Shown: positions 50,091 to 62,623 of the stretch, in pieces
Numbering within the stretch: position 1 is the first letter of the stretch
Layout: every line of letters begins with the position of its first letter
DNA from: Cetorhinus maximus
Lineage: Eukaryota
Assembly (NCBI RefSeq): GCF_964194155.1
Contig: NC_135893.1
Coordinates: 94,922,001-94,986,000 of the forward strand
Direction of reading: 5' to 3'
Length of the DNA stretch: 64,000 nucleotides
The notes under the pieces: model-generated
What the model saw: the letters and a program-made list of their open reading frames with translations, nothing else
What the model was told of the DNA's origin: nothing
Databases searched by the model: none
Position numbers and translations under genes: made by a program

Positions 50091-51990
50091 ATTAGAATCA
50101 ATTGAGACAGGATAAACTGTCACTTAACAAAAACAGAATTACCTAGAAAAACACAGCAGGTCTGGCAGCATCGGCGGAGAAGAAAAGAGTCGACGTTTCG
50201 AGTCCACATGACCCTTCAACAGAACTGAGTATAGTTAGGAGAGGGGTGAAATATAAGTTGGTTTAAGGTGGGGGGCGGGGGGAGAGAAGTTGAGGGTGGG
50301 GTGGTTGTAGGGACAAGCAAGCAGTGATAGGAGCAGATAATCAAAAGATGTCACAGACAAAAGGATAAGAGACAGGCGGAAATCCTGTCGGAGAATAGAG
50401 CAATACTTCTTCAAGGAAGGCATTTCTTGAAGAGAAGTGGCAGTCAATTAAACACAGAGATAAAAATAAAAAACTACTGCGGATGCTGGAAATCCAAAAC
50501 AAAAACAGAATTACCTGGAAAAATTCAGCAGGTCTGGCAGCATCGGTGGAGAAGAAAAGAGTCGACGTTTCGAGTCCACATGACCCTTCAACAGAACTGA
50601 GTATAGTTCAGTAGTTTTTTTGTTTTTATCCCAGCATCCGCAGTAGTTTTTTGTTTTTATCTGTGTTTAATTGACTGCCACTTCTCTTCAAGAAATGCCT
50701 TCCTTGAAGAAGTATTGCTCTGTTCTCCGACAGGATTTCTGCCTGTCTCTTATCCTTTTGTCTGTGACATCTTTTGATTATCTGCTCCTATCACTGCTTG
50801 CTTGTCCCTACAACCACCCCACCCTCAACTTCTCTCCCCCCGCCCCCCACTTAAACCAACTTATATTTCACCCCTCTCCTAACTATACTTAGTTCTGTTG
50901 AAGGGTCATGTGGACTCGAAACGTCGACTCTTTTCTTCTCCACCGATGCTGCCAGACCTGCTGAGTTTTTCCAGGTAATTCTGTTTTTGTTTTGGATTTC
51001 CAGCATCCGCAGTAGTTTTTTGTTTTTAAACTGTCACTTAGAAAGGAATGGATTAATCTGGGATAGTCAACAGGGGGCGGTAATGTCTGTCTTCCTCAAA
51101 ACATTCGGTTAAGCTAGTATCAAGGAGGATTGAGGATAGTGTGGTGGGTGTTGTCTACGTAGATTTTAGTAAGGCATTTGACAAGGTCCCACATGGCCGA
51201 CTGGTCAGAAAAGTAAAAGCCTATGGGATACAAGGGAATGTTGTGATTTGGATCCAAAATTGACTCTCTGATAGGAAACAAAAGGTAATGGTTTGTGGAT
51301 GTTTTTGCAAATGGAAAGCAGTTTCCAGTGGTGTTCCATGGGGCTCGGTGTTTGGTCTCTTGCTGTTTGCTATATTAATGATTTGGTCTTAAATATGGGA
51401 GGCATGATTGGGGAAGTTTGCAGGTGACATGAAATTTGGCTGTGTAGTTGATTGTGTAGAGGATGGCTGACTCCAGAATGATATCGATGGTTTGTTTGAG
51501 TGGGCAGAAAAGTGGTAAATGGAATTCAATCCGGAGAAGTGAGGTAATGCATTTGGGGAGGGCAAACAAAGCTAGGGAATACACAATAAAAAGGAGGATA
51601 TGAGGAAAGATTGGAAAGGCTAGGGTTGTTTCTCTTAGAACAGAGGATGCTGAGGGGTGACTGAATTGAGGTGTATAAAGTTGAGGGGCCTAGATAGAAT
51701 GGACTGGAATGACCTGTTTTCCCCTAGCGGAGAGGTCAATTACTGGGGCATAAATTTAAGGTGTTTGGTATGAGGATTAGAGGGGCCTTGAGGAAAAACT
51801 TCTGGTGGGTGTCTAGAATTCACTGCTTGGTTTGGTGGTGGAGGCAGAAACCCTCAACTCATTTAAATGGGTACCTGGATCTGCACCTAAAGTGCTGTAA
51901 CCCGCAAGGCTACAGCTCAGGTGCTGGAAGGTGGGATTTGATTTTGGCTAATGCAGGCACGATGGGCTGAATGGCCTCATTGTGCCACAA
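50091..51990 (+). mobile_element. CR1 LINE RT/3' portion, itself split by the Penelope insertion
   Basis: ..DRINCHL|ERNGLIWDSQ continues across the Penelope TSD; VYVDFSKAFDKVPHGRLV; CR1 3' end near 51950-51990. Confidence 0.8.
50127..51026. mobile_element. Young non-coding Penelope-derived element with tandem and inverted pLTRs and three hammerhead motifs
   Basis: Perfect 14-bp TSD TAAACTGTCACTTA (50113-50126 and 51027-51040); ~360-bp inverted repeat (50127-50489 vs 50631-50990); direct repeat 50127-50236 and 50499-50608. Confidence 0.88.
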
Positions 51991-52662
51991 CTTGATCAGG
52001 TTGGAGCTGTTTTTTGTGCACAGGACGTACCTGGGCAATTTTCCACATCACAGTGGTTACCAGAGTGTTGTAGCTGTACTAGAATAGCTTGGCTAGGGTG
52101 TGGCTTATTCTGGAGTGAGTGCAAGTCTTTAGTACTATTGTGGGACCCATAGCCTTCGCAGTATCCAGTGCTTTCAGCTGCTTTATCATGTGGTGTGAAT
52201 TGAATTGGCTGAAGACTGACATCTGTGGTGTGAGGAGGCCAAGGTGGAGCATCCACTCTTCACTTCTGGCTGAAGATGGTTGCAAATGCTTCAGCCTTGT
52301 CATTTGCACTGATGTGCTGGGCTCCCCCATCATTGAGGATGGGGATATTTGTAGAGCCTCCTCCTCCAATGAGTTGTTTAATTGCCCTCCACCATCCACA
52401 ACTGGATGTGGCAGGAATGCAGGGCTTGGATCTGATCCGATGGTTATAGAATTGTTTAGGTCTGTCTATCGCATGCTGTTTAAGTGTCTGCTGTATTCTG
52501 CAGAGCCTGAGAGAATCTTGTCATAATGGCTTAATTGGGAAGTTGTTTACTACTTTATTTGAGAGAATTATTTAGTTCTTGAAGTAATTATTTTTTAAAA
52601 AGCTGTCCACTCTTTCTCTAATTTAGTACAAATGTTACTATGTTGCAGGTTTTAGGAGCGCC

Positions 52663-52794
52663 ATGTCTCGTCGTACCAGAAATAATCGTGCCTGGCGGTA
52701 TGTGTACAGTGGTATTCGAGATGCTGAAGCTGTGGCTGTAGTAATGCCTGATGGATCAGTAGGTCCAGGCCCTGGCTATGACTCGGATGGTCAG
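52663..52794 (+). CDS. SPSB3: SPRY domain-containing SOCS box protein 3, first coding exon
   Basis: Acceptor TTGCAG at 52648, Kozak GCCATG; MSRRTRNNRAWRYV...GYDSDGQ|GT resembles human MARRPRNSRAW...GYDSDGQ. Confidence 0.92.
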
Positions 52795-53817
52795 GTAGAT
52801 AATATAACACACAATATTTCATTGCTAATCTATATAAAGAATGAATAGTCTCCCAATGATTGAGATCTTATTGAATTTCCTTCCGAAGGTTATAATCTTT
52901 TTTTTTAGCTAAAGCCAGTTGTAATATTAACCCAGTACAAGCAAGAATCAGACTGATCTGCTAGTCTCTGCCCTCATGATCTTCTATTCTGTGATCAGCA
53001 GAGTTTTTTCTTATAAAATTCACTGTGCTTTTCCTCCTCCTTTTAGACATAGACTTAAATTATATAGGATAAGCAGGGTTACCAATGGGCACGTGTGTGT
53101 GTTCAGAACTGCAGTTTTTGAACTGAGCCATTGTGCTGCCTTCAACAGTTGAGTAACTTTTATTTTTTGAAATTCTAAGAATTTTAAAAATTATTTCTGG
53201 ATTGCAGTATAAGGGTCTGTCACATAGTTAATGTGGGACTGAGTACAGTACCACCCACAGAGAATGCATGACCTGCACCTAGGGTTCAGTAGAGTGTTGG
53301 ACAGATCTATGTACCAGCAAGCATGAAGTTGGTGCCTAGCCTGCACCTTTTTGGAGTATATTTGTAAATAGCTCTTCTTCAATGAAGACTTAGTTAAATT
53401 ATATTTGACTATGAAGCCTTCCTCAGACCTACTGAATGGTAAACACCCTACAACATGGTGACAGTAAAGGATGGACCCTGAAATACAAAAATATGAGGTA
53501 AAACTGCAGTTTGACCTGTGAAAAGTGCTCCTAAATCAAAGGTGCTGCTGGAGATTGCCCTTTTTAAAAAAAAAAAGCTCCATAACCAGACCCGATCAAA
53601 CGGAGTCAAGGGACCTAGATAAATTACGAAAAGGCAGAGCAACCTTAAAAAAAATAAGGGAGAAAGGTAGAAGAAAAATCTGTTGTGCAGATGAAAAGCC
53701 AAACCTGGATGAATGCAGAGTCATAGAATCTAGCAAAATGACAAGGGTAAGCATAATACAGTAAAAAGACAGAAATTAAAATAGGCAGCAATCAGGGTTA
53801 GCATTCCAGAGCACAGC

Positions 53818-55883
53818 TTTTTTAAACTCTGTCATGGGATGTGGGCACTGCTGGCTAGGCCAGCATTTATTGCCCATCCCTAATTCTTCTTGAGAAGAGA
53901 GTGGTGAATCGCTGCCTTGAACTGCTGCAATTGGGAGTTCCTGGATTTTGACCCAGCGACAGTGATATCGTTCCAAGTCAGGATGGTGTGGCTTGGAGGG
54001 AACTTCCAGGTGGTGGTGTTCCCATCTACCTGCTGCCCATGTCCTTCTAGATGGCAGCGGTCGTCGTTTTGGAAGGTGCTGTCTAAGGAGCCTTGGTGAG
54101 TTCCTGCAGTGCATCTTGTAGATGGTACACACTGCTGCCACTGCACTGGTGATGGAGGGAGTGAATGTTTGTGGATAGGATGGCAATCGAGTAGGTTGCT
54201 TTGTCCTGGATGGTGTCAAGCTTCTTTGGAGCTGCATTCATCCAGCCAATTGGAGAGTCTTCCATCATACTCCTAACTTGAGCCTTGTAGATGGTCACAG
54301 GCTTTAGGGAGTCAGGAGGTGAGTTACTTGCCACTCCCTAACAGCACTGGCTTTACCCACACCACATGGACTACAGCAGTTCAAGAAGGCAGCTCACCAC
54401 CACCTTCTCAAGGGCAATTAGGGATAGGCAATAAATGCTGGCCCAGCCAGCAAAGCCCACATCCCATGAATGAATTTTTTTAAAAATAAAAGGATTCCTA
54501 GCCTCTGACCTGCTCTTAACTCTTATGGCTAGTCCAGTTAAATTTCTGGTCAATGGTAACCCCAGGACGTTGTTAGTGGGGGATTCAGCAATGGTAATGC
54601 CATAAATGTCAAGGGGCAATGGTTAGATTCTCTCTTGTTGGAGATGATTATTGTCTGGCACTTGTATGGTGTAAATGTTACTTGCCACTTGTCAGCCCAA
54701 GCCTAGATATTGTCCAGGTCTTGCTGCATTCAGACATGACTTGCTTCAGTAACTGAGGAGTCAAGAATGGTGCTGAACATCCCCACTTCTGAAGTTATGA
54801 TGGAAGGAAGGTCACCGAAGAATCTGAAGATGGTTGGGCCTAGGACACTACACTGCAGTGATGTCATGGGACTGAGATGATTGACCTGTTTACTGATACT
54901 GCCATGGGCAGATCGGTCTGCCTGCTGCAGATGCATGAGGATGAAATCAAGAATGTTTTCCCATTTCCTTGTTTCCCTCACCACCTACTGCAAACTCAGT
55001 CTAACAACTATGTCCTTTAGGGCTCGGTCTGTACTGGTGCTACTGAGCCACTCTTGGTGATGGATGTTGAAGTCCCCCAACCAGAGTTGTACCCTTTTGC
55101 CACCCTTGCCACCCTCAGTGCTTCCTCCAAGTGGTGGTTAACGTGGGGTATGGATTTGTCAGCTTGGGAGCATAGGGGGTGGTGGGCAGGCAGGCAGTGT
55201 GGTAAACAGGAGGTTTCCTTGCTCTTGTTTGACCTGATGTCATGAGACTTCATGGGGTCCATTGTTGAGGACTCGCAGGGCAACTTCCTCCTGACTGTGT
55301 ATATCACTGTGCCACCACCTCTGCTGGGTCTGTCCCACTAGTGGACAGGACATACCCAGAGGTGGTGATGGTGTCTGGGACAGTATCTATAAAATATGAT
55401 TTCATGAGTGTCTGTCAGGCTATTGCTTGTCTAGTCTGAGACAGCTTTCCCAATTTTGGCACTAGCCCCCAGACATTAGTAAGGAGGACTTTGCAAGGTT
55501 GACAGGGCTGAGTTTGCCGTTGTCGTTTCCAGTGCCTAAGTCAATGCCAGGTGCTCTGTCCAGTTTCCTTTTTTAGACTTTTTAATGGTTTGATACAACT
55601 GAGTGGCTTGCTCATCCATTTCTGAGGGCAGTTAACAGTCAAGCACATTGCTGTGGATCTGGAGTCACATGTAAGCCAGACCAGGTAAGGACAGCAGATT
55701 TCCTTCCCCAAAGGTCATTAGTGAACCTAAAGGGTTTTTACGACAGCAATGGTTTCATGGTCATCATTAGACTTTTAATTCCAGATTTTTATTGATTAAA
55801 TTCAAATTCCACCATCTGCCGCGGTGGGATTTGAACCTGGGTCCCCAGAGCTGGTCCAATGACAATACCACTACACCACCGCC
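53818..55883 (-). mobile_element. CR1-group LINE with tRNA-derived head, copy B (internally deleted; opposite-strand tail fragment at ~54335-54490)
   Basis: A box TGGTGTAGTGG (55868-55878), B box GGTTCAAATCC (55827-55837), core, then APE start KVLLTNVWGLVPKLG; 3' tail at ~53820-53900. Confidence 0.85.
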
Positions 55884-57217
55884 TGTAAAATACTGGAAGA
55901 AAGCTGTAGCACAGGTCCATAACAATTTTGTGACTAAATTTTGAGCAAGAGAACTCTGCAGGCAGCCATTGTTCAAAATGTCTTTTCTAACTGAGCGCAA
56001 TTGCCATTGTAGCAGTGCCCTCCATAATGAGCAAGCACAGGAAATCCCTTTGTCTCCCAAGTGAATGGCAATGTCATCTTGAAATTCAGAAAGCTCTTAA
56101 AGCAGAATCTACACTTAAAATTTAACCATGGATTAGAATTCCACACTTCCAAATCAATTTGGACTTATCTGGGGCCCAGATCAAATGCAAAATTGAGCGT
56201 CCTGAAAAAGAGAATTTCTAAACTACCTGAGCACATCAGGTCTAAGTAGAAAGTCAAATGTCCAGATTAACACTTTTTTTTTTATACTCATTTGGTGAAC
56301 TTGCTGATGAACTAATCCTAATGCAGTGAATTGAGTCCTCAACCAGCTTCGATGAAATATTAAAAGCCTTTGACAAATATTTTAATCTTCAAGTTGTGGA
56401 GTGTGCAGAACTTAAAAAGAGGGAGAGTGAGGAAAAAAAAAGTGAAGCTACAAAAGGAGGGAAGGTGAGCATGCCAGAGGCAGGGAGCTTTCCAGGAATC
56501 CCAAAAATATATATTTTTGGAAACCCTGACACATTACCTGAATTGCAAAAGTAGGTGTCAGTGTGAATGTGTGCAGCTAACTGAATGAAGGCAGGCTATC
56601 TGATGGAATTCAAAATAAACAAACCCTGCAAAAGGAAAATGTTCATATCGAAACTGAACTGGGAGATTTGAAACATAAGATTCAAGCTGAGTATATTACT
56701 TTGAAAAACTCTGAACTAAAGCTTTCAGTGAACCAAATTGTTTGAGATCTGAGCAAGCATGTGAGGTGTGACAGAGGTGCCAGGAGGAAAGAACAACTCT
56801 GAATTCCATTGTTGACAAATCAAAGTAGGAGTTGAGGATATATATATAAAGTTGAATACAACTTCAAATAAAGCTGCATTGGCATTGGAACTAGAAAGCA
56901 ATGCACAAGAGCAGAGTGAGAAGGCAAGAGCTGAACAAGAAAACAAATGGTTGAAAGAGCAGTTAACTATCTGTGAAGATCAAACTCAAAACAGTACAAA
57001 ACCCTTCATCAGCATGAAGAAATAAAGACTATCTTGAGCAACAGAATAGACTTGAGTTACTTTCAACTTTATTTTTTTTGTCATTTGAACTTTGCAAAAG
57101 AAAGGAGAACCTGCTAAAGGACCTTCACATGCTACAAGGATCCTTCAGGTCAAAGTACTTTTTTTCCTCCGGAAAATTACAAAGTGAAGCAAAATGAATT
57201 TCACCTCACCAGTGTGG

Positions 57218-58525
57218 AAACATGGAGCAGGCCCTTCAAGCCTGCTCCGCCATTCATTATTATCATGGCTGATCATCCAACTCAATAGCCTGCTCCAGCT
57301 TTCTCCTCATACCCTTTGATCCCTTTCGCCCCAAGAGCTATATCTAACTCCTTCTTGAAAACATACAATGTTTTGATCTCAACTACTTCCTGTGGTAACA
57401 AATTCCACAAGCTCATCACTCTCTGGGTGAAGAAATTTCTCGTTATCTCAGTCCTAAATGGTCTACCCCATATCCTCAGACTGTGACCCCTGGTTCTGGA
57501 CTCCCCCCACCATCGGGAACATCCTTCCTGCATCTACACTGTCTAGTCCTGTTAGAATTTTATAGGTTTCCATGGGATCCACCCCCATTCTTCTGAACTC
57601 CAGTGAATATAATCCTAATCGACTCAATCTCTCCTCATATGTCAGTCCTGTCATCCCAGGAATCAGTCTGGTAAACCTTCGCTGCACTCCCTCTATAGTA
57701 AGTACGTCCTCCTTCAGATAAGGAGACCAAAACTGCACACAATATTCCAGGTGTGGTCTCACCAAGGCCCTGTACAATTGCAGCAAGACATCCCTGTTCC
57801 TGTACTCTACTCCTCTGGCTATGAAGGCCAACATACCATTTGCTTTCTTTACCACCTGCTGCACCTGCATGCTTACCTTCAGCGACTGGTGTACAAGGAC
57901 ACCCAGGTCTCGTTGCACATTCCCCTCTCTCAATTTATAGCCATTCAGATAATCTGCCTTCCTGTTTTTGCTACCAAAATGGATAACCTCACATTTATCC
58001 ACATTATACTGCATCTTCCATGCATTTGCCCACTCACTCAGCTTGTCCAAATCACACTGAAGCATCACTCATCCTCCTCACAGCTCACCCTCCCACCCAA
58101 CTTTGTGTCATCTGCAAATTTGGAGATATTACATTTAATTCCCTCATCTAAATCATTAATATATATTGTGAATAACTGGGGTCCCAGCACCGATCCCTGC
58201 AATACCCCACTAGTCACTGCTTGCCATTTGGAAAAAGACCCGTTTATCCCTACTCCTTGTTTCCTGTCTGCCAACCAGTTTTCTATCCATCTCATACACT
58301 ACCCCCAATCCCAATTTTACACATCAATCTCTTATGTGGGACTTTGTCGAAAGCCTTCTGAAAGTCCAAATAAACCACATCCACTGGCTCCCCCTCAACT
58401 CTACTAGTTACATCCTCAAAATTCCAGCAGATTTGTCAAGCATGTTTTCCCTTTCATAAATTCATGCTGACTCTGTCCGATTCTGTCACTGTTTTCCACA
58501 TGCTCAGCTATTAAATCTTTTAAGA
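57218..58525 (-). mobile_element. CR1 LINE (RT to 3' end), relatively intact, nested in the Gypsy element
   Basis: [42 protein letters not shown] and LYRALVRPHLEYCVQFWSPY. Confidence 0.92.
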
Positions 58526-60376
58526 CATACTTGGGAATGTTAAATATTCCAGGAGGAAGCCAAGAGATACAAAGGCTACAGAGCTGAAGAAAATGGTTGG
58601 ACATTTGGAAGAAAATGTTACTTTTCCAGAGATACGAGATGAGAAGCTAAGGAACCTAGAATGACAAGAGCAAGTAAAGCTTCTCAGCATGAGTCTCAAA
58701 CAATTGGCAGAAGTGCAATTACAGAATGAGTTTGAAGGATAGTGCAGAGGAATTATGCCCTGCTCAAGAAAAACCCATCAGCATAGAGAACCAGCTTTTA
58801 TGTACAAAAGATGAGTTTGTAAAGGAAAAATGAAAACTGGTGAGAACACTGAAATGTCACTCGCAGAAAGTAGAACACTTGAAAAGAGGACTTAACACTT
58901 ATATGATCTTTGTAGAAACAATTTCAAGGATGGATCTTCAATTAAAACTTGAACTTCAAACATCAGTCTCCAGTAAGCATCGTGCAAAATGCCTGGAACG
59001 GGGGGAGAGAACTGCTGATGAATTGGAGCAATTTCTTGAAAGCAGAATTAATAACCAAAACTGAACTACTGATCTTCAGTACAATCTGAACATAAAGGGT
59101 GATGTGCATTATGGAAGAGCAAATCCAGACTTTGAAAGCAGATAAGAGAAATTCTACAAAACAGATTGAGGATCTAAGTGAATTAAAGTCTAAGGAGCAG
59201 GCAGTGACCTTAGAATAAAGATCCTGAACAGAACCGAATGCCCAGTTGAAATTGTCAGAATTCTGCAGGTAACTCTGAAACAAAAACAACTCTGCTTACA
59301 AGAGTAGTTGCTGGGTTGAATGAAAAGATTCATAAGCTCAAAACAATTGGAAAGAGAGGGCTCAAATTGAGTGAAATTGTGAAACAAGTGGGAATGTGGG
59401 TTCAGTTTTTGAAACGTAAACTTCCGCAGACATCGCAACAACCCACACCATGATGGGAGAAGCAAGAAAAGGCGATGATAAGACGAGTGCAATATTCGTC
59501 CGCACCACAAGAAACTAGCAACCACCAACTAGCAAAATAGCTGAACCGACTAAGTGCAGTTCAACATGAATGGAATAAAGGATGAAAACGAGCCCTATGC
59601 CCCAACCTCAATCTAGAGGAAGAAACGGCAGCAACGGAGCCTGTCACTCCCCCATCAGTAGTGCGAACAAGATTTGTAAGGCCCCCCCAGACCACCTGAA
59701 TTTTTGAATTCAAGGACTTGGAGGGAGATGGGATAATAATGTAAATATCTGAGAGAACAATGTAGGACACAAGGTAAACAATCACTTAATGAATTGGATA
59801 AAGTCTTGGGTGGAGGTGTAGTATAAGGGTCTGGCACATATGTAGAAATAATGTGGGACTGAGTACAGTACTGCCCACAGTGAAAGAGCACATGAACCAC
59901 ACCTCTGGGTCTGTTGAGTAGAGTCGCGTGTACCAGCAAGCATGGAAACAACTAGCTTGTACCCTTTATACCCTGTATAGTTGTAAATAGTTCTGAGAAT
60001 TAAAGACTAGAGACTTCTTCAGCCCTATCGAACTGTAATCAATGCCCTATAACACTGATCAATCTAGAACAGTTTTTCTAACATCAGCTTCCTATAGATG
60101 CACATTTGATTATTTTGGAACGTCATTTCAAATGCATTTGACTTGATACCTAATTATAAGGCCGTATCTGGCTCAAACCTGTACTGTAAGCCATAACTTC
60201 AGTTTCTTGATTCAGTTGAAACTAGTATAGCAATTTTTGTTTTGATTAGAAATTGAGTGATAGTAAACAATTTTATATTATCATTTTGATATTCTGGATT
60301 CTGCACTATTAAATGTGAATATTTCATGAAATTGAAGCTCTCCAAAACCCACCACAAACTATTTTTTGCTAAATAA

Positions 60377-60510
60377 AAACAAAATGCTGGGAATACTCAA
60401 GTCAGGCAGCATCTGTGGCAAGGAACAGATACTATCTAACATGCTGAGTATTCACAACATTTTCTGTTTTTATCTCAGGCTTCCAGCAGCTGCAGTATTT
60501 TGTTATATTA
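60377..60510. mobile_element. Inverted Penelope pLTR remnant
   Basis: Head-to-head pLTR pieces; TSD TTGCTAAATAA (60366-60376 and 60511-60521). Confidence 0.6.
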
Positions 60511-61183
60511 TTGCTAAATAATTTTCGCTGTATTTCTATGAAGTTGACAAATCTCAAATTTCTGTGGTTTTTCTGTAATGTATTGGACATTGCCCAGATG
60601 CATGATAATTATCCACTGTGACAATGGTGTGACGTTAACATGGTTATATACAATCCATGCTGCTTTTTTTTAGTAATTTTTACACCAGAGTTTTTTGTTT
60701 TCTTCTATATCATTAGTCCCCAGGTTGGGTAAGCCTAGACTATATTCCTTTGCAGCTGATGAGAGCTGACCAAATATTCCCTCAGAGGTGAAGCTGTTGC
60801 TCCTTTTGTAGCAGTGTAGTTTTGTCTTCATTGCAAAGCTGTGAAGTCTTGTCTCTGGCAGCTTTCACAAGCATTTTCCTAGGGGAAAAAATCGATTCTC
60901 ACTAATCTTGGTTTTGCTGCTTATTTACAAACCTCACCAGTTTGTTGGATAGAAACAATCAAATATGGGGCAGTTTTCAATTTTACCTAGTTATGGAGAT
61001 TTAAAAAGAATCTTAACCTTTGCAACTCTCTCATTGATTGATTGATTAAATCTTGCTGTTGCAAAATGAGGAATTCTTGCTGGAAAAGCTGCTCACAGTA
61101 CAGTAACAAAATGTTGGTGTTGTGAGACCGTTCTAGAAATATACAATGTTTTTTCACGTGGCTTTTATTTTAATCTCTTAAAG

Positions 61184-61358
61184 CACAGCGACTCCGATTC
61201 TGAATCAGAATTCCATTTGCCGTCATCGATCCCAACAGCATTACCTGTGACAGGGGAGTCATACTGTGACTGTGTAAGCCAAAGTGACACCCGATATTGT
61301 GGTAGTATGCGTAGTTTCCATCGCATGAAGGACTGTCACTGTGGCGAGGAGGATGAAT
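61184..61358 (+). CDS. SPSB3: SPSB3 second coding exon
   Basis: AAG|[30 protein letters not shown]...[10 protein letters not shown](Y)|GTAAG, 175 nt; missing from the ORF track. Confidence 0.93.
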
Positions 61359-61902
61359 GTAAGAATGAATAAAAATTGCCTTTACTTTCAAGGGATTTGG
61401 TAGCACTTCAAGCTTAGCTGTTAATAAGTGCATAGGAAATGTATAAGTATCATGTGGAATGTTTAATCCTGGTGCTTTATCAGTGTTCTTCCAGAGTTAC
61501 AGCATCAGAATTTTTCATTCTATAAATCGGGGCTTTTAAAAAATCAGCCATCAGCAGATCTGTGACAAATTGATAAATTTGCAGTAACTATTTCTGATTG
61601 TGCCAGTGGAAATCTCACCTTAGTCAAGTTAATATTAATTGAGGTGCAACAGTCAACTTAGCCAAATTGAGGTTGCAGTACATTGCGGCAGCTGGTGTTT
61701 CAGTATGGCTTGCACCTTTTACCAATTTGGAGTCTCCTGGCATCATTATGATTTTTGACTTTAACTGCTGGACCTGCCCTCAAATGGACTAAATGGAGAA
61801 GAATGACTGACTCTGTTTAAGATGAAATTTAATCCGAGTTCTAATGTCCATTATGGCAGAAATCTGAACCATGCACGTCTTATAGCCAACAAATCACTCC
61901 CA

Positions 61903-61995
61903 AAGAGGAGTCCTATTGGACTCAAAACATTACTGTTTCTCCCTCCACAGGTGCTGCCAGACCTGAGTTTTTTTTCAGCATTTTTGTTTTAATTT
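61903..61995 (+). mobile_element. Solo Penelope pLTR (partial hammerhead)
   Basis: GAGTCC-TATT-GGACTC-AAAAC stem; perfect 12-bp TSD AAATCACTCCCA (61891-61902 and 61996-62007). Confidence 0.75.
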
Positions 61996-62435
61996 AAATC
62001 ACTCCCATGTGCCTGGTTGATCCATATTATGCTGTTGGTGAGTGTACACTTTTTTTTTTTCTTTTTGTCGACTTCAGCTGTCATGGAATGGACAGGAGAA
62101 GTTGATGTGCTCTGTCTTTGGCTTTCCAGCATTGACTGAGTAACATTTACCTTGAAGGTCCAGTAGTTGGGTTGCAACCGCTGCAGTTTTTCTAAATTGA
62201 TCAACAGATGATTACAGAAAATATTCTGTAATTGGGTGCTAATTTGAAGAGAATTTAAAAATGTTCTTTCCTGCTCTGCCCTAAACATCTTAGAATACAT
62301 GTGTGCCTTTTATAAGTTTGCTTCAGTTTATCTCAAATAGTGCCAACTGCTCTTGATCTTCCAGTAACAAATGTTAAAATGAGCAAAACATGACTGGTGG
62401 TGGTAATGGTAATTTACTAAAACTCCTTCCTGCAG

Positions 62436-62623
62436 ATTTTGAATGGATGTGGGATGATTCTACCAAGTCCTCTGCTACATTGCTGAGCTGCGAGAACAGA
62501 GAAGTAAATTTCCACATGGATTACAGTTGTGGAACTGCGGCCATTCGTGGGGACAAAGAAATGAGTGAAGGTCAACACTTCTGGGAAATAAAAATGACAT
62601 CCCCTGTATATGGTACAGACATG
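62436..62623 (+). CDS. SPSB3: SPSB3 third coding exon (SPRY domain start); the gene continues beyond the window
   Basis: CAG|(Y)[56 protein letters not shown]|GTAAG, 188 nt. Confidence 0.95.

Larger units (their letters stand above)
48850..52495 (-). mobile_element. CR1-group LINE (tRNA-head family), split into 48850-50090 and 51995-52495 by nested insertions
   Basis: Same tail and RT sequence as 25910-28694; the two halves are collinear across the insertion. Confidence 0.75.
53203..60054 (+). mobile_element. Old Ty3/Gypsy LTR retrotransposon derivative (LTRs 53203-53455 and 59817-60054)
   Basis: Two diverged direct repeats TG(C/T)AGTATAAGGGTCTG...CCCTA(C/T)AACA; PBS-like TGGTGACAG..GGAT after the 5' LTR; purine tract GGGTGGAGG before the 3' LTR; gag remnant N*AS*KREFLNYLSTSGLSRKSNVQINT..LYSFGELADELI..FDEILKAFDKYFN at ~56190-56430. 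Confidence 0.8.

Noticed and set aside
50235-50892. Two near-identical 70-73 aa ORFs on opposite strands
   Set aside because: They are the two arms of the inverted repeat of a non-coding Penelope derivative, not a gene pair.
57751-58407. 218-aa plus-strand ORF
   Set aside because: Antisense shadow of the CR1 ORF2 on the minus strand.
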